Source of the DNA: Deltaproteobacteria bacterium
Lineage (GTDB): Bacteria; JAEEML01
Length of the DNA stretch: 32,573 nt
Direction of reading: 5' to 3'
NCBI GenBank assembly: GCA_016283195.1
Contig: JAEEML010000164.1
Span: forward strand, 1-32,573
The notes under the pieces: generated by a model
The model's database searches: none
Seen by the model: the letters and a program-made list of their open reading frames with translations, nothing else
Told to the model about the DNA's origin: nothing
Shown here: positions 26,189 through 32,573 of the stretch, piece by piece
Layout: each line of letters starts with the position of its first letter
Position numbering within the stretch: the first letter of the stretch is position 1
Made by a program: the position numbers and the translations under genes

Positions 26189-27730
26189 ATGGTAACACAA
26201 ATAGAAAACCAAGCCTTGCCGGTGACTAGAGCTGTTATTATGGAAGATAGAGCTCTGGTAACGCGGGAAATAACCCTAGATTTACCTGGCGGCCTAGTGG
26301 AAATAACCTCACTACCCATCTCGCCGCTTATTGTGGAGAGCACGCTTGAAGCCCGGATTTTATCGGGAAAAGGGCAGGTTTTAGCCGCCACACTTATTAG
26401 ACAGCACACTATGGCGGAAACTTTGCCGGAGCGCTCGGCCGAGCTTTTAAAATTAAAGCGTGATCTGGAGAATAAATCGGCCGCGGCCACATTTAGGTCG
26501 AATTTAGCTGAGAGCCAAGTGCAGACAGTGACCGATTTTTGTGAGCTTTGGCGCGATAAAAGTGCCTTACAAGCTATGCGCGGCGATGGCTGTGAGGAAC
26601 TCTGGCAAAAAGAGTACACCTCTTTAATGGCTGCTTTTGAAGCTAAAACGGCGGCAGCGACAGAGGCACTCGGCATATTAAAAGAAACTGCGGCTTCGCT
26701 GGCCACGGTAACTAGAGAATATCAGGAAGCCAGCTCTTTGCGGGACTATTATTCAGCCGGCATAAAGATTATTCTCTCTCTCGAAGAGGCGGGCTCAGTT
26801 AAATTGGCTCTTTCCGCCATAGAGCCCTGTATTGCCTGGAGGCCGACTTATTTGGCCCGGCTGGATAAGGGAAAGCTTTTCCTAAAACGCGAGGCGGCTG
26901 TTTGGCAATATAGCGGCGAAGATTGGCAAGATATTGAACTCTCTCTCTCAACTGCCCGCCCGGGACGTGGTGCTGAGCTCCCATCACTGCCGGCTGATTT
27001 TATCTCTCTGCGCGAAAAAAGTGAAGAAGAACGCAAAGTTACTAAATTAACCTCTAATAATCGCCTCAAAAGTTCTCTCGGGGAAGAGGGGGCCGCGGCG
27101 TTGCCGGGAGTGGCTGACGGCGGTGAAGTACAGCTCTTTACTCTGCCGCAAAAGGTGACGCTTCTCTCTAAAGATAGCCCGGATTTTTACGAGCTGGAAA
27201 CTCTGGAAATGGCTAACAGCATTGCTCTTAAAGCGCGGCCGGAGATGGGGAGCTATGTGCTTTTAAGCAGCAAACAAACTTTATCTGCCCTAAAACCCCT
27301 CCTGCCAGGCCCGGTGTTATTGCAACGCGACGGTTGTTATGTGGGACGCCTCCTTTTGCCTTATGTGGCGGTGGGAGAAACTTTTGAGCTTGATTTTGGC
27401 TCGGAAGATGATCTTTTGCTGACGCGTAACCCATTTCCTGTAGCCGAAGAAAGTGTTTTTGGCGGTAAGGAATTTCGCTTTAATATTGCTTTAACGCTTA
27501 CTAACCGCGGTAATAATCTCCATGAGCTTACTTTAACCGAACGCCTGCCGGTTAGTGAGAACGCCGAAGTTACTGTTTCCATTGATGAAAAGAAAACCAG
27601 CAAAGGTTACACATTTAATAAGGAAGAAGGCTTTTTAAATTGGCCACTTACTGTGGAACCAAAAGAGACTAAGGCGCTATTCCTCGCTTTTACAGTCACT
27701 ACCGGTAAGAAAGTTTCCTGGCGCCCTTAG
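26189..27730 (+). CDS. DUF4140/DUF4139 (MuiA-like) protein, paralogue
   Basis: EDRALVTR, AWRPTY, VWQYSGEDW, LSTARP, LLPGPV, ERLPVSE. Confidence 0.88.
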   Translation: MVTQIENQALPVTRAVIMEDRALVTREITLDLPGGLVEITSLPISPLIVESTLEARILSGKGQVLAATLIRQHTMAETLPERSAELLKLKRDLENKSAAATFRSNLAESQVQTVTDFCELWRDKSALQAMRGDGCEELWQKEYTSLMAAFEAKTAAATEALGILKETAASLATVTREYQEASSLRDYYSAGIKIILSLEEAGSVKLALSAIEPCIAWRPTYLARLDKGKLFLKREAAVWQYSGEDWQDIELSLSTARPGRGAELPSLPADFISLREKSEEERKVTKLTSNNRLKSSLGEEGAAALPGVADGGEVQLFTLPQKVTLLSKDSPDFYELETLEMANSIALKARPEMGSYVLLSSKQTLSALKPLLPGPVLLQRDGCYVGRLLLPYVAVGETFELDFGSEDDLLLTRNPFPVAEESVFGGKEFRFNIALTLTNRGNNLHELTLTERLPVSENAEVTVSIDEKKTSKGYTFNKEEGFLNWPLTVEPKETKALFLAFTVTTGKKVSWRP

Positions 27731-27744
27731 GCCGGAGGTTTAAA

Positions 27745-29094
27745 GTGCTAAAAGGCCATTTTGTTATTATCACCGGCCCAAGAGGGAGCGGGAAGAGCAC
27801 TTTTTTGGCCGACTTAGAGCAAGCGCTGAGCGGGGAAGGCTGGCAGTGCGGCGGCTATTATCAGCCTGTTTGTTACCAAAATAATGAGCGCCTCGGCTAT
27901 GATCTCCTGCTCATCGGAAAACAGGAGCGCCGCCCGCTGGCCAGGCGCGCAAAAGAAGGCCAAGAATTTGATTTTATTGCTGAAGCTTTTGCTGCTTCCA
28001 CTTTGGCTTTAAATGATGATTTAGCCCATAAAGAGATCTTTTTTATAGATGAAGCCGGTTTTGTTGAGGCCGGCGGTGCTGGCCATTTTCAGGATATTGA
28101 GCTTTTGGTAAAGAGTGAGCGCCCGGCCGTTATTGCCGCCAGAGAAGAGACACTGCCGAATCTTTTGGCCCGTTTGCCATTAGAGCCAATGGCCATTATT
28201 CGCTTACCGGCTGAGGCTTTGTCTTTAGAGGCTACGAAAAAACTACTGACACATGTTGCTCACCGCCCTCTGGAAATAAATTGGCAACAAAAGTGGCCGG
28301 CTATGGTGCGGGCTCGCGCCGCCGTGCCGCGTCCAAGTACGGCTACTGCGGCTAGCGATCCCTGGCAGAGGCGAGCCAAAGAGTATGATGAGAGCGCCAA
28401 AAACAAAGATGACGGCGGCCTTTTGGCGGCTCTTTGGGCTTTGCTTAAAAAAGAAGACACTTTTTTGGATATCGGCGCCGGCACCGGTTACCACGCCGTA
28501 AAAGTGGCTGAAAAAGTGCAAAAGGTACTGGCAATCGAGCCCTCGGCGGCCATGGCTGCCGTTCTTAAAGAAAAAATAGCAGTTAAAAAGCTAAAGAATA
28601 TCGCTATTGAGGCGGCCAGTTGGCCCGCGTGCGCTCGCCCCAAAATGGCCGATGTGGTCTTTTCTTCGCATGTTCTTTACGGCCAGGAAGAGGCGGCTCG
28701 TTTTATTTTGGCTATGGATAGAGCGGCGAAGCGCCTGGCTATTATCTCTTTAGCCTTAAAACCGGCCAGTATGGTTTTTGATGCTCTGCGCCGAGAACTT
28801 TGGGGTATTTCTCTTCCGCCGTCGCCCACCATTTTTGAGGCCCTGCTTTTAGTGCAGGAACTGGGGCTGAATCCTCGTTATCTGCCTTTTCCAAGGAGCC
28901 TACGCCAGGTGCTTTTTGGCACCGATGAGGAGTCTCTCAAAAAATTAGCCCGCCGTCTTGGCCTGCCGGAAGAGCTGGCAGAGCTCGAAAAACTGGCTCT
29001 TGCTCTGCCCAAAGTGGCCTTGAAGCAGGAGGATGGGCGCTACCTTTTGGGCGAAAGCGGGCCCAATGGCTTTATTATTTGGGAACCGCGCTGA
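27745..29094 (+). CDS. Fusion of THEP1/DUF2478-like P-loop NTPase and class I SAM-dependent methyltransferase
   Basis: GGAGG RBS with GTG start; Walker A GPRGSGKST, RLGYDL, Walker B FFIDEAG; MTase LDIGAGTG, IEPS, SHVLY. Confidence 0.78.
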   Translation: MLKGHFVIITGPRGSGKSTFLADLEQALSGEGWQCGGYYQPVCYQNNERLGYDLLLIGKQERRPLARRAKEGQEFDFIAEAFAASTLALNDDLAHKEIFFIDEAGFVEAGGAGHFQDIELLVKSERPAVIAAREETLPNLLARLPLEPMAIIRLPAEALSLEATKKLLTHVAHRPLEINWQQKWPAMVRARAAVPRPSTATAASDPWQRRAKEYDESAKNKDDGGLLAALWALLKKEDTFLDIGAGTGYHAVKVAEKVQKVLAIEPSAAMAAVLKEKIAVKKLKNIAIEAASWPACARPKMADVVFSSHVLYGQEEAARFILAMDRAAKRLAIISLALKPASMVFDALRRELWGISLPPSPTIFEALLLVQELGLNPRYLPFPRSLRQVLFGTDEESLKKLARRLGLPEELAELEKLALALPKVALKQEDGRYLLGESGPNGFIIWEPR

Positions 29095-30271
29095 TTTTTT
29101 CCACCGCAAAAGGTGAAAAAGAAAGATATATTTTGCTGAAAATATCTTTAATTTCGCGCAGGTTAATGAAATCCTGCCAGGGAATGGCCGCTTCTTTAAA
29201 GAGTACCTTCCCGCTGGTTTCGTTGAGGTGAGTTAGGCCAAGCGCCCTGCTTTTTGGCGCTTTGGCGTCTTTTAGCACCGGAGCTATAAAATCCTCCAAA
29301 CTGCCATGTGGTGCAAAACGCAGACAGCCTTGCCAGCTATTGGGAATATTAGTCTCATCAAAGCCGCTTAGGCCAAGATCTTTAGGCTGGCACTCATGGG
29401 GTAAAAAACCGGCGCCGTGGCGGGTGACATAAGTGCGGGTAACATAAATGGCCTCATCTATTTGTGCCCCCATTTCGGCCAAAAGATTTTGCGGATTTTT
29501 AAGGCCGGTGTAAGAAGCCGTGACATGGGGCCAAAATGGCTCGTTGTCGCTATCCAGCAAAAGGCCCTGGCCGTGTTCAAAAATCACGCGTTCATAAGTA
29601 GCAAAGAGCTCTTTCATATCAGGCGCCGGTGTGATGAGGGGGATGTTTTTAAGAAGGCCTTGGGCATAATTTTTTAAAACATTATCATCTTGCAAAAGCT
29701 CGCCGTATTCGCCCAGATCGGCCGGGGTGAGGCCAAGTTCCTTTAGACGCCGGGGCAGATATTCGCGGCGCAATCTGGCTAATTTATTGGTGATTTCCGC
29801 AGCGGAGAGAGACAAAAGCTCACCGATGGTAAGGGCGTAACCGGCTTTACCGCGCAAATCGCACTCATTTATGCCCATGCCGCAGCTGCCATGCCGTGCC
29901 GTGCCGCGCCCGCTTTCTAGGGCCATATTGAGCAAAATATCGTCAATAATGGTGATAGCGGCCTCAGAAGCGGCATATATTTTGGGCCTAAAGCCGCTTA
30001 GGGCGGCAAAATTTTGCACTTCTTCGCCCAATTTATAAATATCCGGGTGAAAAGTTTTGGCCCAGTAAGTGGGCGCGCGGTTAAAAGTACCAGCCCCTAT
30101 TTCATGAAAGACAAAACGCCGCCCTTTATCTATTACCGTGTGGCCGGCCTGAGCACCGCCATTATGCCGTACCACCAGCGCAGATTCCGCCATTGCCAGG
30201 TGGTTAGTCATAAGGCCTTTGCCTTCATCACCGAAGTTTTTGCCGATAACCGAGTAATAGCGGGGGCTCAA
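29075..30271 (-). CDS. Divergent adenylosuccinate synthetase-like (PurA-fold) ligase
   Basis: GDEGKG, RHNGGAQAGHT, FEHGQGLLLD, HVTAS, YVTRHGAG. TTG start overlaps the TGA of the vWA gene. Confidence 0.85.
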   Translation of the reverse strand: MSPRYYSVIGKNFGDEGKGLMTNHLAMAESALVVRHNGGAQAGHTVIDKGRRFVFHEIGAGTFNRAPTYWAKTFHPDIYKLGEEVQNFAALSGFRPKIYAASEAAITIIDDILLNMALESGRGTARHGSCGMGINECDLRGKAGYALTIGELLSLSAAEITNKLARLRREYLPRRLKELGLTPADLGEYGELLQDDNVLKNYAQGLLKNIPLITPAPDMKELFATYERVIFEHGQGLLLDSDNEPFWPHVTASYTGLKNPQNLLAEMGAQIDEAIYVTRTYVTRHGAGFLPHECQPKDLGLSGFDETNIPNSWQGCLRFAPHGSLEDFIAPVLKDAKAPKSRALGLTHLNETSGKVLFKEAAIPWQDFINLREIKDIFSKIYLSFSPFAVEKISAVPK

Positions 30272-31164
30272 AGGACAATCTCACCATCTCTTGAGGGGAG
30301 AGAAAGCTGATTTAGCGAATTTTCCACTACCGGCCGCTCCAGCTTGGAACAATTTTTGAGAATATCAGCCATTTTTTTGCCCTTAACAAATTGCATGACG
30401 GCAATGAGTATATCGGGCAGGGCGCTAAGTTGATCCTTATGTAATTTGATTAAGCGGCCGGGCAGAGCTGCTCTTAAATTATTTTGCGGATATGCTGTTG
30501 AGCCATGCAGATCTATATGAAAAAGCTCATATTTTTCCAGGGCCTTCTCAGCCAGCTCTCGGCTGGTGTAGCCCTTTTCTTCATCATCAAAAATCTTTTT
30601 GATATTTTTAGCGGAAATGCCTTCGTGGCAGTCGGCATCACCGATGGTAAAGATAAAGCCCTTTTCCCGGCGCCTGGCAAAGGCATCGGTATAAGTGTGC
30701 TTAGCCGCAAAATACCAAAGAAGGGGGTAATCCTCAGGCCCGTCACCACCGGCTCCTTCCAGCCAGAGAGCCAAGAGCTGCTCGGCAATGCGGATATCGG
30801 ACTCAAAATGGGTAACTTGCAGAGGAGCATGGTCAACCACATCCCCTATAGCGGCAAACATCATTTGCGGATCCTCTACCGGCTTTTCTGAATAAATTTT
30901 CATCATGGTTTCATTGAGGCCGTTTTTGGCAATTTCAGCTGATAGATAGCCCATAGAGCCGGTGACGTCCAGGCCGATGATAATGGGGGTGGAGTGGGGG
31001 TGTTCTTCGGAATCGCGGGAATCGCGCATTTGGATAAAGCAGGGGTTAAAGCGCTCTTCTATATTGTTGGCTTTAAAAAGCTGCGAAGCTGTAGAACTAG
31101 ATGAAATTTTAGAACTTTCTTTTAGTTTTGACCAATCGGAACTGGTATAACTGCCAAAGCCCAT
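30268..31164 (-). CDS. Cytoplasmic vWA-domain protein
   Basis: ATG 31164 with GGGAG RBS; MGFGSY N-terminus, DSRDSEEHP, MIDAS LDVTGSMG, AIGD, GAGGDGPEDY, FTIGD. Confidence 0.85.
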   Translation of the reverse strand: MGFGSYTSSDWSKLKESSKISSSSTASQLFKANNIEERFNPCFIQMRDSRDSEEHPHSTPIIIGLDVTGSMGYLSAEIAKNGLNETMMKIYSEKPVEDPQMMFAAIGDVVDHAPLQVTHFESDIRIAEQLLALWLEGAGGDGPEDYPLLWYFAAKHTYTDAFARRREKGFIFTIGDADCHEGISAKNIKKIFDDEEKGYTSRELAEKALEKYELFHIDLHGSTAYPQNNLRAALPGRLIKLHKDQLSALPDILIAVMQFVKGKKMADILKNCSKLERPVVENSLNQLSLPSRDGEIVL

Positions 31165-31374
31165 AATCTTCTCCCTGCTGCCCAAGGCAGGCAAATATTG
31201 AAGTGTATGTATATAATGCTTTTTAGCGCTAAACAACTGCGAACTTTGGGTGACGGGAAATTGCTAATGAGGTATAGGCTTGTTTTTTTGCGGCAATGAA
31301 CCGAGAAAGCACTTTTAAACTCAAAATTATCGCCACAGCCGGAGTTATTTAGCAGCAGGATTGAAAAAGTATTT

Positions 31375-31884
31375 TTACAAATTTTCAATAGAAGCTATAT
31401 CGAGCCCTGTGCACTCGGCAATAAAGGTAATATCACAACCCCCAGCTAACATTTTTCTTGCTGTTTCCTGGGCCTTTTTGTGTTCGGCTTCCAGTTCTAT
31501 ATTCTGTTTTTGTTTTTGTAATTCAGCTTTCTCTTGCTGCAGCTCAGCTTTCTCTTGCTGCAGCTCAGCTTGCTTTTGCTCAAGCTGCGTGCGGATAGTG
31601 GCTAGTTCTTTTTCACCTTCGGCCAACTCTTTGGCTTTTTCAACAAACACTTTCTCTTTTTCGGCAAATTTTTGTTCAGTTTCAGCAAATCTCTGCTCGG
31701 TTTCTGCGAATCTCTTCTCAGTTTCCGCAAATTTTTTCTCAGTTCTCTCCTTATTGATATTCCATGAAACAAAATCGCGGTGTGCTCTTTCGCGGTCAGC
31801 GGCGGCACCCACCAGCTTGGTATTATGTAAAAGCTCGAGATAAAAGCTATGGGCCTTGCCGATAGCCGGTACCGCGCTTTCCAT
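31375..31884 (-). CDS. Putative in-frame internal small product (RpnS-like antitoxin, 169 aa)
   Basis: GAGGAGG-N5-ATG in the same frame as rpn, just after the nuclease domain. Confidence 0.55.
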   Translation of the reverse strand: MESAVPAIGKAHSFYLELLHNTKLVGAAADRERAHRDFVSWNINKERTEKKFAETEKRFAETEQRFAETEQKFAEKEKVFVEKAKELAEGEKELATIRTQLEQKQAELQQEKAELQQEKAELQKQKQNIELEAEHKKAQETARKMLAGGCDITFIAECTGLDIASIENL

Positions 31885-32439
31885 GTAATCCTCCTCGTGC
31901 GCATGGGCAAAAAAGCGTACCCAAGCAGCAAGTTCTTTTGTAATATTACCACATTTTTCCGCTTTGTGGAGCTCCAGAAAATGCATATTCATCTTATCGC
32001 TCAGCGGCTTACCTGTTGCCCGGTCAACCATCTGAGCTTTGTGGTGGGGCTGGTCATCGGCGGGGAAGAGGTCAAAATCCAAAATACTGATGCAAATTAC
32101 CTGGTGCAGGTCGCCATAAGATTTTCCGCTCTCCAGCTGCGAGCTCAGGTTGTGAGCGCAGTAATAGAGCGATCGGTCGATGTAATCGGCTTGCCTAACC
32201 ACTTGCATCTCAATGTCGATGATTTTTTCGCTCTCACTCATAGCTTTTATATCGCAGATGCTCTCTTTGGCATTAAAAACATCTGGCAAATTAAAGGGCG
32301 AGATAATTTCTAGACTTTTTATAAGCTCTTCGCCGCTATCGCCAAGAATAGCATTGATAAGAGCCAGCAGAACCTCCTTATGAGCCGGGTTGCCAAAGAG
32401 AGCCCGAAAGATGACATCGTTAATAACACTAATGCGCAT
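31375..32439 (-). CDS. Rpn family recombination-promoting nuclease / PD-(D/E)XK putative transposase
   Basis: ATG 32439 with AAGGAG RBS; NDVIFRALFG, CDIKA...IDIEMQV, RSLYY, FLELHK, and C-terminal TARKMLAGG...IAECTGL. Confidence 0.92.
   Translation of the reverse strand: MRISVINDVIFRALFGNPAHKEVLLALINAILGDSGEELIKSLEIISPFNLPDVFNAKESICDIKAMSESEKIIDIEMQVVRQADYIDRSLYYCAHNLSSQLESGKSYGDLHQVICISILDFDLFPADDQPHHKAQMVDRATGKPLSDKMNMHFLELHKAEKCGNITKELAAWVRFFAHAHEEDYMESAVPAIGKAHSFYLELLHNTKLVGAAADRERAHRDFVSWNINKERTEKKFAETEKRFAETEQRFAETEQKFAEKEKVFVEKAKELAEGEKELATIRTQLEQKQAELQQEKAELQQEKAELQKQKQNIELEAEHKKAQETARKMLAGGCDITFIAECTGLDIASIENL
31523..31744 (-). repeat. Two blocks of 21-bp (heptad) repeats in the rpn C-terminal coiled coil
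   Basis: Exact tcagctttctcttgctgcagc x2 (31523-31564; AELQQEK) and degenerate TEKKFAE/TEKRFAE/TEQRFAE/TEQKFAE (about 31661-31744). Confidence 0.9.
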
Positions 32440-32484
32440 GGTTGCTCCTTTCTTACCGGATAGCCTGGCCGGCGCATTTTTAAA

Positions 32485-32501
32485 TGCAAATCGCGTGCCA
32501 A
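32485..32501 (-). promoter_or_regulatory. Sigma54 (-24/-12) promoter upstream of rpn
   Basis: Minus strand TTGGCACGCGATTTGCA versus consensus YTGGCACGRNNNTTGCW, about 45 nt before ATG 32439. Confidence 0.8.
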
Positions 32502-32573
32502 ATGGCAAAAAAACATATAACAAGCTGTAATTATAAGGTTTTACTGCGTTTTGTATGGCTTTGGCAAAGTGTG

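Noticed and set aside
29075-30271. PurZ (Z-base synthesis) or housekeeping purA
   Set aside because: It retains the GDEGKG Asp (unlike typical PurZ), there is no phage or datZ/mazZ context, and it lacks the PurA aspartate-binding loop.
31375-32439. rpn as an active IS element
   Set aside because: No terminal inverted repeats or target-site duplication seen; the family is not established as a true transposase.

Overview
Gene-dense bacterial chromosomal segment of roughly 50% GC (by eye) with about 25 CDS and no rRNA, tRNA or CRISPR array that I can recognise. The content suggests a Myxococcota/deltaproteobacterial-type organism (inference): Hanks-type kinases and pseudokinases with Zn ribbons, an FHA protein, Myxococcus-type Cys-rich repeats, a Cys-rich vWA lipoprotein, a DUF4139 pair, SpoIID, plus FISUMP and Rpn genes. 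Housekeeping genes are fba, a family-4 UDG, dprA, pspA and a YrbG-like antiporter. Highlights: (1) a translationally coupled vWA + divergent PurA-like ligase pair whose aspartate-binding loop is replaced; (2) directly upstream, an Rpn nuclease with a near-perfect sigma54 promoter and an internal RBS+ATG for a probable intragenic antitoxin; (3) a pseudokinase-TM-periplasmic ligand-binding receptor paired with an intact soluble kinase; (4) a Zn-ribbon pseudokinase-FGE gene split by one in-frame TAG; (5) a signal-less protein with three EF-hand-like repeats and a papain/C39-like domain, followed by two EEP lipoproteins; (6) a hairpin-rich intergenic region upstream of fba with three phased palindromes.
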